Positions 13,724-27,500 of a stretch of 64,000 bases of DNA are shown here, one piece after another (the stretch's first letter is position 1; every line of letters begins with the position of its first letter). The translations under genes were made by a program, and so were the position numbers. A model generated the notes under the pieces. That model was not told the DNA's origin. It did no database searches and was given only the letters and a program-made list of their open reading frames with translations. The DNA is from Chlorokybus atmophyticus (Eukaryota > Plantae > Mesostigma and Chlorokybus algae): contig RHPI01003041.1 of the NCBI GenBank assembly GCA_009103225.1, positions 267,439 through 331,438 on the forward strand, given 5' to 3'.

Positions 13724-13872
13724 AGCAGCTAGACCCGAAATATTCCTCACACCCGCTCCAAGCACGCCCTGGCCAGTAACAACGACGCCGACCACAACAA
13801 CCACTACGCCGCCTATGCGCATACAACCTGTAATGCAATATTGTGTGCCCAAGTCTATCGCTTGCGCATGAG

Positions 13873-13983
13873 ATTGGCTGCGACGGAGGGGGAAGCCTTT
13901 TCGGCAAATCGCCTGCCGGCCGATTGCGATAGGCGCTGCCTCGCGATTGGCCCATGGCGTCCGCCTCACCCGTGCCTTATTGG
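13873..13983 (-). promoter_or_regulatory. Three co-oriented CCAAT boxes upstream of psaD
   Basis: ATTGG on the plus strand at 13873, 13946 and 13979, in a GC-rich block 150-260 nt upstream of the ATG. Function is inferred only. Confidence 0.35.
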
Positions 13984-15166
13984 CTCATTACTCCGCCGCG
14001 CGACTAGGGCAAAAAGGTACGCAAAAGGGCGCCGGCGTCGCGCGGCGACATGATTGCGTTGCGCGTGACGAATCGTCACGATGTGTCAGTGAGGGCACTT
14101 TCGTCCGTGAGCTTATAGGCGTACCTTTATCCAATAAAGATGTGCTAATAGCAGTGCCATGCTTCGCCATCAGTAGCAAGTTGTTCTACTACTTGCATCA
14201 ACACACTGTTGATTAACATGGCACAATCTTAATAATGAATGTAAATGCATTTACATGTAATCCGAGTAGATTCCCCACTTCGAAATGGTAGACACAATGA
14301 TTTATAATAATGAAAGCAATGTGTGATAAGTAAAAAAGTATAATAGTAATAATTTATTATATACAGGTTGGTACATCGAATTCATTTGCATAATAAAAGC
14401 TTTGGCACTTAAATGTGGTTGACCTGCCGAGTTCTCACATAAGAATTTCGAATTGTGTTCAATATTGCAGCCTTTTTAAGTACGTGCTGCTATATATGAT
14501 TATCACACACAATCTGTGTGTCACTATATTTCTTCCGTTTAGGTCCTTTCCTTTTTGTACAGTTATCCCCTCGATTTTGCCGGCGAGGGCTTTACTCACT
14601 GTACTCACTTTATCACTTATAACATTGTCACAATCACAATGGAAGACAATAGTTTACTATCAATATAATACCACAAATTCTATCAACATCAACAATTCAC
14701 CATTATAGAGCCAGCCCTATTTAACTTATGAACTGCTCTTGTTGCTGCTGTACAGTTGTTTACACATGAGCATACAACTTGCTGATTACATTGTGCATTT
14801 GTCTATGTTATATGGGAGGATCACAAGGGAATATGCGTAAAGATACAAATGAAATTGTCTTACGCATATAATATACCAATAGTCTTGCCCAGCTAATGAC
14901 AACAGAGCAGCAAAGACAACGCACACACTTGGGCTCATATTAAGGCTTGTATGAGCATTAGCGTTTTGGTGAAGCTGTTTTTATTGCATTAAATACAAGC
15001 AACAGCCATGCACTTATACACTAACTGTGCACTACTTTGTGAACGGCTTGGCAAAGTTATGCACAAGCTCAAAGAGATACAATAACATTAGACAAAAGTC
15101 TCTTCACCACTAGACACCAAGGAGGGAGCTTGGTATCACTACCCCCCCCCCCCCCCCCCCCCCCCC

Positions 15167-15327
15167 NNNNNNNNNNNNNNNNNNNNNNNNNNNNNNNNNN
15201 NNNNNNNNNNNNNNNNNNNNNNNNNNNNNNNNNNNNNNNNNNNNNNNNNNNNNNNNNNNNNNNNNNNNNNNNNNNNNNNNNNNNNNNNNNNNNNNNNNNN
15301 NNNNNNNNNNNNNNNNNNNNNNNNNNN
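15167..15327. other. Assembly gap flanked by poly-C
   Basis: Run of N. Confidence 0.99.
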
Positions 15328-17279
15328 CTCCCCCTCCTCAATACCTCTCACGTAAAATGGTGGAGAGAGGCCCTCAACAGGTAGTAGCCAGCCACTCTAC
15401 ACAAAAGTGGTCAACTAGCGGTGCACCCACCAATAGTTGCAACTGAGCTTATAAAGCTAGTAGATTCCCTTCTTTCTCTCCAGATAGACAAACATTAATG
15501 GCTCACAAAGCGCCTAACAATGTGCGCTTATTTGTCAACACATGCCATCCCTCGAGACGATTAACCCACTTTGGAATGATCACCCGCAACAGTGTCACAT
15601 CACCCTACACTTTGAAAACATTAAATATAGCCTCGGGAGTGTATGAACATCATGTATGAACATCAATGATTGTTTGCCACTCACAGCTTATTACCTGCTC
15701 ACATCAGTCACATGATGGCTTCATCACCGTGACAGCAATCCAACATCAACTGCCAGCAGCATCTTAAACCGTTTGTTAAGAGTCCAACACAATGCCAAAT
15801 ATGAGGCTTATACATGAGGGGAGACATTCATTATCTCTGTGCTAGCGCATATCAATGTTTTATGTAGTACCGCGTGCATGCCATAGAGAAATGAACATGA
15901 CCACATGAACACGATTGTCAAGCACTACACAGCTTAACAGCCGAAGTCTCCACTTGGTACGTCTTACTTATATAAGCAAGCAGTAACGCTTACTCTATAC
16001 AATTGCAGACAGTCGTACCCACCTCTGTAGAGCGCTACTTCTAACATTGATTAGCACTTTTGCTATCTTGATGCTGCATGTTGATTGTGATGAATTGTCT
16101 GCCCAGATGAGCACATAAACGCATGTGCGCGCGTGGAAGGTGGCCAAGACAGTGTTCATTTTGTGCAGCCATTGATAACATATATATATTATTGTGTAAG
16201 CAAACAATGGGTTGGGGTGAGCAATTATCAAATAAGCTGTGCCACACATGCGCAAGCATGCGGATGCATTTGAGCAATAAAACCAAGCCAACAAGCAACC
16301 AACAAAGTATATAAGTATATATATTACAGCGCTCGCTTGAGGCATGAATGCAACCAAGTGCAAGCAGCGGTAGCGGGGGCGTTGAAATGTTAACGACCAC
16401 GACGATGATGACACAGCAGCAGTCTGGCAAGGCAGGATCTTTGCTAGCAGGGATATGTGGAGGCCCATTGAAGTCATTTGTGAAGGTTGTTGCTGTGCAG
16501 GATCGAGAGCATGACAGCTGGCTGCCGAAGGACAAGTAAAGAGGAGGAAGCGCTTGGATCTTACAGCCGGCGCCGCTAGCAATAAACGAGTTGTGCTCAA
16601 TGTCTCCCTCTATGTGTGCGCTTGCCTAAGTGCGTGCATGTGTAGGTAGGATTCAAGTGTGTAGGTACAAAAGGTATATGCTGTTGTTCTGCCCAACTAC
16701 TATCTCATCATGTGTGCAGTGCATAGCTATGCAGGTCGCAAGCAACATTACTTGCAAGTCACACTCTCAACATATCAACCAACTGCCAGCGTACAACCAC
16801 CAGGCTCACACCCACTACACTCTTCACTACCACACTATCTTGCCTGCCTTATTAAACGTGCATGCACACGTGTACGGGGCTTGAGAGTAACTTATGTAGC
16901 CTATAGTGTAATGTACACACGCAGCCGGGATGCGTGTGTACAATATTAGTGGTAATGTGTATGGACACACTCATGCATGCACGCATTCCACACGCACATT
17001 TCAGCAGCTGGCAGTTTTGTTGCCAGCGCTTCATGACGTGTGCAAGTTTGTGCTGGTGCGTGCTGATGGTGTGTACAAAAGGGGTGTGCTGCCGGCATGC
17101 ATGGTGTGATGTGTATACAAGAGATGGTAAGCTAGAATGAAGGCAATGTTGGAATGCAATATGTGCGCGTTTGTGGGCCCCGTCCGGGACTGCCTGTGTT
17201 GTGGCGTATCTGTAATTGTGTGTGCGTAGCACTGTGTCTTTGCATGCATGCGTGCTCGTGCACGTGTGTGTGGGGCGGG

Positions 17280-17805
17280 NNNNNNNNNNNNNNNNNNNNN
17301 NNNNNNNNNNNNNNNNNNNNNNNNNNNNNNNNNNNNNNNNNNNNNNNNNNNNNNNNNNNNNNNNNNNNNNNNNNNNNNNNNNNNNNNNNNNNNNNNNNNN
17401 NNNNNNNNNNNNNNNNNNNNNNNNNNNNNNNNNNNNNNNNNNNNNNNNNNNNNNNNNNNNNNNNNNNNNNNNNNNNNNNNNNNNNNNNNNNNNNNNNNNN
17501 NNNNNNNNNNNNNNNNNNNNNNNNNNNNNNNNNNNNNNNNNNNNNNNNNNNNNNNNNNNNNNNNNNNNNNNNNNNNNNNNNNNNNNNNNNNNNNNNNNNN
17601 NNNNNNNNNNNNNNNNNNNNNNNNNNNNNNNNNNNNNNNNNNNNNNNNNNNNNNNNNNNNNNNNNNNNNNNNNNNNNNNNNNNNNNNNNNNNNNNNNNNN
17701 NNNNNNNNNNNNNNNNNNNNNNNNNNNNNNNNNNNNNNNNNNNNNNNNNNNNNNNNNNNNNNNNNNNNNNNNNNNNNNNNNNNNNNNNNNNNNNNNNNNN
17801 NNNNG
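17280..17805. other. Assembly gap (526 N)
   Basis: Run of N. Confidence 0.99.
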
Positions 17806-18925
17806 GCGGGCTCAAGTGCTATTGCAAGACGAGGTGCTTTGCGCAGGTGGCGAGGCCACTGCGCGTTCTGCGTGTTTGCCCGCGTCCACATTTAGGTGCA
17901 AAGGTTTTGACATTCTCTAGATCCTCCACCATATCCATGTCCGAGTATTCCCATACTTCAAGTAAAAATCATACCTCTGCAGCACGCTTTCCATTGGTCT
18001 AATGCGCTGCCAAGGCAGCTCCTTGCCAGATGTGACATTCAATGCCTTAAAGCGCTAGCCCATAAATGCACCATCATCTCTCCTACCGTATGCACAGACA
18101 CGTATGCGAGCAAATGATATTGTGCGCAGGCTCTTCCCTGACCGTTGTGGTGATCACAGGGTCTGGCAAGTAGCAGCTAACTTGCTGTGTTGCAAATGTC
18201 AAGGCAACCAAAAGGCAAAATGTGCAAGCAGAGGACGTGCAATTTCGGCCTGATCACGCTTATCCACTCGTATCTCTCGCGCTTCAATGACATCTGCTGA
18301 TGATGGTGTAAAGTCAACGCAACACTCGACGCAATGGACCGCTGTGGCTTTAAGCGCACTCTGAGCGCCATCGCAAATGAAGTACAAGCCAATAGCCTGA
18401 GACGTGTCCGCTCCAACATAGCACATTGTGTGGCTATTCTTGTACCCGCAACAAGCCAGTCTTGTGTAAGCAGCCCTGCTTACACACCGAAGCATATGCA
18501 GCAGATATACTGAGCCAGTGGCAGCTCTATGGAGCTTGCAATGGTGCCAACCTTCAGGATGTTGCTGAAACAGGCGACAGCAAAATTGCGTTGAAACGCA
18601 GTGAGCAGGCATAAGGCACAAACAACTGCGCGAATAAACTGTCATCGCCGCAGACACACACCATATTGCATTCTTTATACACTCTGGCCACATGATATAC
18701 TCTGCTTCAACCTGCATGTAGCTGGTGTATTAAGCCAGGAAAACAGCAAGCCGCAACCGTTTGCAACAACCATGCATGCACGCTGTCCGTTTGAGATACT
18801 GCAAGCGGCAGACAAGCATGTTGTGGAGCGTTCTTCAACATAGCATGCTAGCAAAGAAGACGAACGGCGCAGCACCAGCTCTTCAAGCAGAATAAGGAAG
18901 CATACATTTTCACGCTATCTCAACG

Positions 18926-19260
18926 TCATGATGTCTGCATATCGATCATTTCATCCAACATCTTGCGCTGGCGCTTGCCCTCGCTAATGAGGTGCTTGAT
19001 CGTGACAGGGTCACTCACTTCAGCGTACTTCCTGTACTCCTCTCGTACAAGCGACACCACTTCACCTAAGCACAGCACACTGAAGCCAATCACAGCCATG
19101 ACAACAACCTCCATGAGTACAAGCCCAACCACTCACCTCGCGAGTCCAGCGGCGCCCTGCGAGCTATCCTTAGCGTGCTGCGGTACAGCCGCAGCACCTG
19201 TACGCGCACGAGAAACTCCTTTAAGCCCTTGACGCCCTGACCGACGACACCCGCACCCAT
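18926..19260 (-). CDS. LYRM2: LYR-motif protein, LYRM2-like; 2 exons (19260-19137, 19065-18926)
   Basis: LKEFLVRVQVLRLYRSTLR...VREEYR...IKHLISEG resembles the LYRM2 pattern LKQF.RRQQVL.LYR...AREEF. One 71-nt GT-AG intron. Confidence 0.8.
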
Positions 19261-19452
19261 CCACAGCGCAACAACGACGCCGCCAAGAAGCTCACCTCTA
19301 AGTTTACAGCTGAGCGGAATTGTGCTTAGCTTTGCATTCAAGTTGAGCTGCTATGACGCACGCTGCGAGCATGAGGTACAACCTGCACCCGGGCATCATT
19401 AATTATATAGTCATGCTTGTGCCAAATTGTGTGCAAGCTCAGAATTGCCGCA

Positions 19453-21019
19453 ATGGTAGCGGCGGCGGTGGAAGGATGGCTGTCGTGGTTGTTGCTCCTG
19501 CCGGGGAGCTCATTCAGGTGGGAGAGGGGGAGAACGCCCGGTTCTTCCATTCAGTTCCTGTTGCTGTCGTCGTTGGCGTACCCTGCGGCGGTGCTGGCGC
19601 TGCAGAGGCTGCTGAGGTCACGCACTAGGCCCCTCCAGCTTGGGCCTCTCCCCGCCATGCACAACCTCATCCTCATGGTCTGGTCCCTTGTGATGTTCGT
19701 TGGCGCCGCCTACGCCGCCTGGAGGGACTGGACGTTTACGGAGCTTGTCTGCGTTCCAAAGGTGGGCCAAGCTCCATGTGTTGCAAAGCAAGCACACAAG
19801 CATAGATTCTTGCTGCCTCATGATGGCTTAATGATGAAAATGTATTCCTTCTTTAGTCGCATTGCATAATTCACGTCTTTCTGAGGCTATAGCAGCCTGA
19901 TCATGTGACCAAACTTGGTGTGCCTTGCCGCATGCTGCTTGCTTACGACCACACAATGCAGTTGGTCGTAGCAGTTGCATTCTGTATACAATGACAAAAG
20001 GCCGTCTAGCCAGCAATGCAAATGCGCATGGCCCACCTCTTGGTAGCTGTTTGTCTCACCTTTCGCCATGACAATGTGGTGTACACACAGTGTGAGTGTA
20101 TAGGGAAAGGTTGACTGCATGCACAGTGTACACTGAACCTTATCAGATACTGTGACTTGCAAGAATGAATCTCATATTGATCAACGCACGCAGGCACGCC
20201 TGAAGTGTAGTGACTTCACCGTAACACACAGCACGATGTTCGCTCATGTTCATGTTTATGTTCACTCATTGCTTTGAATGGCTGGCAGGGTGTGAAGCCT
20301 GAGGGCCCCCTTTTCTTCTGGGCTTACATTTACTACCTGTCCAAATTCTACGAGTGGCTCGACACGGCCGTGCTGCTGGCGAGGAAGCGGCCGCTGACGT
20401 TCCTGCACGTGTGGCACCACACTGTTGTCGTAGCGATGGCGTGGTTGTGGGTCGATGCCGCGCAGTCCCTCGCCATATTTGGCCTCCTCTTTAACACATT
20501 CGTGCACGTCATCATGTACGCCTACTACTTCCTCACCGCAATCGGAAGGTACCGCTTTCAAGGCATTCATGTCGGTGCCACACGTGCAAGTATTATGTCA
20601 AACAGTGTCATTGGGATGCGCAACAACATAGTGTACTACATGCACAATGCAAAAGCAGGCTCTAACTAGATGAAACAACGCGTGCGTGCGTGCGCTTTCA
20701 CACGTTTTCACTACTGCACTTCACACACGTTGGTTGACACAATGGGGTGGGCTCGAAATAATGTCAATGATATATTGTTCCTCCCCCTCTCAGGCCGCCT
20801 CCATGGAAGGTGTTGGTGACGAACACGCAAATTTTTCAGTTCTGCACGGGTTTTGCACTGAGTGCACCGCTGCTGTATTTGCACTTCCGGCCCGGATCGA
20901 CCGGCTGCGAGGGCATGACGGCGTGGCTCTTCAACGTGCTGTTCAATGCCACGCTGCTCACGCTCTTCATCAATTTCCACCGGAAGACGTTCAAGTCCAA
21001 ACCCAAGAAGAGTGCGTGA
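19453..21019 (+). CDS. ELO/GNS1/SUR4-family fatty-acid elongase; 3 exons (19453-19761, 20289-20548, 20794-21019)
   Basis: Motifs YYLSKFYEWLDT, FLHVWHH, NTFVHVIMYAYY and TNTQIFQF, with a Lys-rich C-terminus. Confidence 0.95.
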
Positions 21020-21366
21020 ACGCATGTGTGATCACGTGGGCATGCATGTGGGCGTGCGCGTGGGCGTGCGCGTGCGCGTGCAAGTTGTGCTGCTGGTGAG
21101 TTGTTGTTGCCGGTAAGTTAGGAACATAGGCGTTGGTGTAGCCCAGGACATTCTTTGACCAGGATATTCCTGTCCATAGGCACTGACTGAATAAGGCAAT
21201 AACAAAGCTGCTATTTATCTATTGCGTTGCACACCAGACCATTGCAGTTCCAGTAAGGTCATTTCTACATGTCACCAATATGGTAACGCTATTTGATAAC
21301 ATCAATATTTATGTAAATCTTTAAGTCTGTACTTGCCATCTTCACACAGTGTTGTCCAAATGCTCC

Positions 21367-23275
21367 CTAGTTGGCTCGAACCTCATACAGATAGTTTCGC
21401 AGTATCCCGTTCTCAGCTTCACCCTGATTGCGATTACGCACAAACTCCTGCAAGCAATCCGGTTGTGGTCACAACACCCAACAAGAAACACGCCACCCCA
21501 CACAACCTCACATAACCCCACACTCACCTGTGACCGTGCAGCCGCCGCGACAGCATGGCATTCCCTCAGTCTTTGCGCGTACGCTTCCCTCTCCATCTCC
21601 CTGTTGTTGTCCCACAACTTGTACTCGACGGGTGCGATCCCGCCGGAATACCTGTACTCCATCACGCCGCGCTCGGAGCTGACGCCGCGGCCCGGGTTGG
21701 AACGCCGCCTCTCAGCCCTGTCCTCGCCACGGTGGCCACGAGCATCGCCCAGCTGAGACATCACCCTTGCACCTGAGACACAGGTGTTGTGGTCATGTTG
21801 TGTTTGTCTTGCGGAGAGAGTGCACGCGGGAAGGGGTGTGTTTGTGACAGTGTTTGTGGGTTACCCGTGTTGACGCCGTGGATGGGCTCGGCCGTGGCAG
21901 GTTTGATCCGGTACTGTGGCAACACGTAGTCCGGTGACTCCCACTCCGCCAGCTGGCACGTCATCAACAACAACCATCAGCATGTGCGTGTGTGCAAATG
22001 TGGGGGCGCACCCATGTATTTGTGTCACACACGAGGTGCTCACCGGTCCGTGTTCAACATGCGGTGGCCGCAGGTCAGAATACTGCCGTTTGTCCCACTT
22101 CTTCCCTCCCAGAGCGCCATCCCCTTCCGTCCCCTCCACCCCAGCGTATCCCTTCTGGCCGTACGGGTCCCTCTGGTCTATCCCCTTCACCTCGCGCTCG
22201 GGAAACAGCTTCTTCCTCTCGGCACTCCTCCGCTCCTGCACGAGTAAGCAAGCTCAGTATCATTTAACACAGGTGATAGACACGCACGCACGCACGCGCA
22301 CATGCACACGCATGCACACACTTATTGATACATACACCTACGCGTACACACACGCGCGCGCACGCCCACGCGCACGCACACCCAGACAACTCACTTCATG
22401 TGATGGCGGCGTCACCGGCATCCTTCTTCTTGGCGACAGCGTCCCCTGCCACTGCAGTATCCCCGCCGCGTCCTTGGGTGGGGCCGACTGCGGCCTCACG
22501 AGCCTCCTCGCAGACGGCTCGTGCGTTGGGGCGGGAACCTTCCTCAGCATCGGCCGATACTGAGAGAATGTGAAAGTGACTCACTCACTGTCTCACTTGT
22601 CACAACATCAACATAGTGTATGCTCATTCATACCACGGGTTCTTCGCCGTGCACGATAGGATCCCTCCTTGCCCTCTCCTCCCTCTTTTTGCCGCCGGGT
22701 GAGACAATTGTGGCTTGATCACCCTCCAATATTGGATCCCTGCATGTTGGGGAAGAGAACACACGTGTGAGGAGTTGATGCTAGCTGTGTTGAGTATACT
22801 GGTTTGCGAGATCTACGTGAGAGCGTGTTGTGATGTGGTGTGCAGTGTTTCCACCTGTTTGAGGGAAGAATGATCTTCTTTGTGCCGGGTACAAAGGGAG
22901 GCTGGCCGAGCACAATGGGATCTCCAATCACCTGGCAGGGACAAACAACTTGACGTTGGTAAAATCACACACTTTACGCCCGTGCGTGCACATGCAGATG
23001 TACACTCTTTTGCATACACACCCGCATGCACAAAGCATGCATGCGCGCGCTTGCACACGCACGCACTGACGCACGCCCCCCCCTCCCCCCCCGCCCCCCC
23101 TACCCACACACACACTCTACCTCAGCATAGTGTTTCTTCTCTCCGGGCGACATCGGCTGCTCCCGTCCCTTGATAATGGGATCCCCGTGCCAGAGTTCGA
23201 ACCGTCGCCGCACGCTGACGGGCCCGCCCTCGTATAGCGTTTTCCTGGATGCTGGCGCTGATGCTGGCCTCGCGT
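21367..23275 (-). CDS. Uncharacterised multi-exon protein with repeated DPIxxG...PGxKK units; 5' end not resolved
   Basis: GC-rich exons join in frame across GT-AG introns (e.g. YAE|VIGDPI, PSNR|DPILEG, RSQ|EFVRNRN...RAN*). I do not recognise the family. Confidence 0.65.
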
Positions 23276-24559
23276 ACACTACACGCACATGACACAACAA
23301 CAAAACAGAACACAACAACTCAGTAAAGAGACTGGTATAAACAAAGACTGTTAACTCTGTGTTGCAACACTGCCACGACTGGCGTGCCTGGGTTGGCGCG
23401 TCGCACGGCGGTGATGTCTTCTGTCTGTGTTGTTGTTGTTGCTGTTGTTGTTGTTGTGGGTTGTGGTGGTTGTGGTGTCATTTGTGTTGTTGTTGTTGGA
23501 ACTTTGTGCATCCTATCAACGCAAGTTTGTGAGTGAAACTGCCTTTGTGGCTTTCTTGTCACTCATGCACGCACTTACTGTGGTGGTTTGGTAGAGGGTG
23601 TGAGAAGTCTTGTTGTTGTGGCTTCTCTGTTGTTCCTGTGTGTTGTATTGTTGCTCTTCTCAGCGTCTATCACGCTCTTCCAGTCCATTCTGAGAAAAGG
23701 AACATGAAAAAGTTGACATCAAGTTGACATCAGTGCCAGTTGTCTAGCGTTACTGGTATTGCAACGCAGCGACATGCGCACATGTAGACACCTTTTTAAA
23801 GAATGACACCTTTGGCACACAACCCACTATGCGCTCCTCAGCAATGACACAACAACACACATCCGTACAAGTGATGTACACATGTGCACAGGCGTGGTCA
23901 CCATGTCCCCACCTTACGCTAGCATCCACTTCTCCCGCAAAATTTCAGTATACAAATCTCACAAGTCAACACTCACCTTGGCGAAGCCTCACCCACACCC
24001 ACACCCACGCCCACGCCCACACCCACACGCCGCCTCAGCCTTGTGCCTTGAGTTTTTCTCTGTGTCTCTTTGCTCCTTTTTGCAAGTCACGTGAGTGTTG
24101 CGTTGACTGTGGCGACATGTCGTAACATACGCCGTCCGTGTGTTTCATGTGCATCCGACGGCAACGATGCGTTCGTCTAGTGATTGGATATCGAAGGATA
24201 AAAGCCACAGGCATCAGCAAAAAGTTCCGTCATGCCCGTTAACCGTGGTCAAGAGTTAGTGTTGGAGTTTAGCAAAGAGCGTGTATGTCGGATGTCGGCA
24301 ATGCTAGTGCAAAAGCTGCCTATTTTTGCAGCTAGTGACCTGACATCTTTGCCATGGTGATCAAAAACAGTGGTTGAAACGTGACAGCAGTTATCTTCAG
24401 GCATTTTCAAGTGCAAAACCCTAACCAAGCGAAGTGCCAGCTGGCAGGGTTGCGGCGGCAGTGGTGGCAGCGGCGGAGGCGGAGGCGGCGGAGGCGGTAT
24501 TGGTGGTGGACCTGGGGTTGGACGGCTAGGCACTGTTGTCGTGCAGGATGCCCGCTGCC

Positions 24560-27500
24560 ATGTCGGCGCCGGCGGTTGCCGCTGCGGTGGCGCCGCCGAG
24601 AGGCGCGCAGGCGTTGCGGCAGAGGCAGCGGCAGAGGCGGCGGCCTGCTCTTGCTTCTTCACAGGTGTATTGCTGGACGTATGCTTTATAGAGTGCAACA
24701 TGTTGGCATGCTCAACATCAATAGCATCATCAGCATCATCAGCATCATCATCACCATTGTTCCTGCTTGTCTGCAGGGTGTTGTGTGCGCTCAGGCGCCA
24801 GTTGCTGAAGAAAAGGCCACACCATCGTCGGCAGCAGTGGTGAGCTTGTGCATGCTCTCTTAAGCAACCAACCTCTCTTCATGTTACTGCTCAGAGGTAA
24901 TCATCCTCACAGTGTCTGTCTGCATGCATTATTCACACACACTGCATTGGCTGGTTAAGCAAGAGAGCATTGCACAAGCATGCAAAGTGGTGGCATCAAA
25001 CCCGTGCATACTAAACAGTTTTCGCACCTTGTCATGATAGTATCTTACTCCTCATCTGTATTGCTATTGTGTCTGTGAATAAGTATGCTAATGTAAGATG
25101 AGTATATTTCACCCACGTCAACGTTAACATTGCAATCCCAACTAACCTACAGTTCAGCTTGCTACTTGCCCATTGGTGTGTGACATAATGCCCGACATGT
25201 GTTGCAGTGTTTATGTGCCATTGCGGTGTTGTCGTGTTAGTTGATTAAGGCATGAGCACAGTTATGTATGACAATAGTGTGTACTCTACTACAACCTTGT
25301 CGTGACCAACAGTTCAAAATACGCATGTTTACCACAGCAGGTTCCAGGCCTGGTTGCAGTGAGATACTGTGATGACGTGGGCACGACGCGGCGCCGCAAT
25401 ACAAGGACGGTCTGGATCGGCGACGTGGGCGTCGGAAGCGAGCATCCTATCAGGCTGCAGACTATGACCACGACGGACACGAAAGACGTTGCCGCTACTG
25501 TTGATCAGGTATGTGAGTATGTACTATTTCGTTTGTGCACGTACGTGTACGTGCGTTGGGTGCATGCGCATGTGTGCACGTGCGCTTGTGTGCATGTATA
25601 TATGTGCGTGTATGTGCAAGTACATATGAGCGTGTGCTTGTGCGTTTTTGCATGTGTGCACGCAATTGCACCTTCGCATAAGTGTGCTCGTGGGCAAAGC
25701 GAGTTACACTTTGCCTCATGACAGTGCGTGCCTGACTTTGTTGTTGTCTGCAGGTCATGCGAATTGCTGATGCTGGTGCGGAGATCTGCCGCATCACAGT
25801 GCAGGGAAAAAAAGAGGCGCTCGCTTGCTTCGACATCAAGAACACATTAGTCAACAAAGGGTCCGTTCACTACAAGCAGTCATACTTTTCCCCAACTTGC
25901 ACCTATCCAACCACAGTCACTTGACATGATAAGCCAACATTTCATCCGCAGGTACAATATCCCCCTGGTGGCAGACATACACTTTGCACCATCAGTAGCG
26001 CTGATGGTGGCCGAGTGCTTTGACAAGATTCGCGTCAATCCCGGCAACTATGCGGACCCGAGAGCCAAGTTTGACATCAAGACCTTCACGGAGGAGTCGT
26101 ACCAGCGTGAGCTGGACCACATTCGTGACGTGAGTATACAAGTGTTTGTTGTGACGTGTTGGTGGTGGTATTACATTTGCATGTAACAATGCATCACAGA
26201 AAACGTCAGCACACAGTGAGGATGTGATTGAGAGATTACGTGTGTGTTTGAGTACACCACACAAATGTTCGTGTGGTTGTAATCATACATGCAGGTAACC
26301 AACAGGATAGGATGTAATGATTGAGAGTGAGTATGTGTGCAAATGTGTTCGTGTGTGCAGGTTTTTGGTCAGTTGGTGGAGAAGTGCAAAAAGTATAACC
26401 GCGCGATCAGGATAGGGACCAACCACGGCAGTCTGAGCGACCGCATCATGTCGTACTACGGCGACTCTCCTCGCGGGATGGTGGAGTCCGCGCTCGAGTT
26501 TGCCCGCGTTGCGCGCGAACTCGACTTCCACAACTTCCTGTTCTCGATGAAGGCCTCCAACCCCGTCGTCATGGTGCAGGTGCGTATGGTGGCTTTGTTA
26601 AGTATGTGTGTTGTACGTGATTCTTTGTGTGCTGATGGTAGTTTGTGTGAAGGCGTACCGTGCGTTATCAGCTGAGATGTACAAGTTGGGCTGGGACTAT
26701 CCACTACACTTGGGCGTGACAGAGGCCGGTGAGGGTGAGGACGGCCGCATGAAGTCCGCTATTGGTATCGGCGCGTTGCTGCAGGTAACCATAGCGCACT
26801 GCATTAGATCTAAAGTTTTCCTCATCATGGTTGTGGATGCATGTGCATGTGCGTGTGCGTGCGCACGCTGCAACGCAGAGGCTGGGTGTGTGCCTGCGTG
26901 CGCGTGCGCCTGGGTGTACGTGTGCACATACACGCATGTGAATGTGTGTGCGGCGTGCATGTGCTTTTGCCTTGACATGCATGCTTATTATACTCTCGTA
27001 GGATGGTTTGGGTGATACCATTCGCGTGAGTCTGACCGAAGCCCCCGAGGCCGAGATCGACCCTTGCCGTCGTCTGGCGGGTCTCGGCACGCGTCTCGCG
27101 CAGGAGGGCGCCGGTGGCAACACGCCCCGCTTCGCGGAGACCTTCCGAACGCCCCTCGAGTTCAACCGACGCAGTGGGGATCTGCCCGTGCAGAGGGAAA
27201 GCGACGGCAAGTTTGACTACCGCGGCGTGCTGCACAGAGACGGTGGGTGTGGGGTGGATGCAATGGTTGACATGTTGTGGGTGTACGTGGCCATGCCAGT
27301 GTTTGTGTGTGCGTCTGCGCACATGCATGGAAATTGTTCGTGGTTCTTGTATGCGTTGACATGCGTGTGGGTGTCTGTCTCTGTGTATTCAGACAAGCAA
27401 CACGCGCAACTGCATGCATGTTTATTCAATACATGGAGCAGTTGACACGCACGCAGATGCGCCTGTTCATGTGTGCGTACATGCATGTGTACGCTCACAC

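Noticed and set aside
14200-18900. Possible gene in the AT-richer interval between psaD and LYRM2 (e.g. ORFs 16348-16539, 18199-18717)
   Set aside because: No recognisable motif or consistent exon chain. A 526-N gap may hide sequence.
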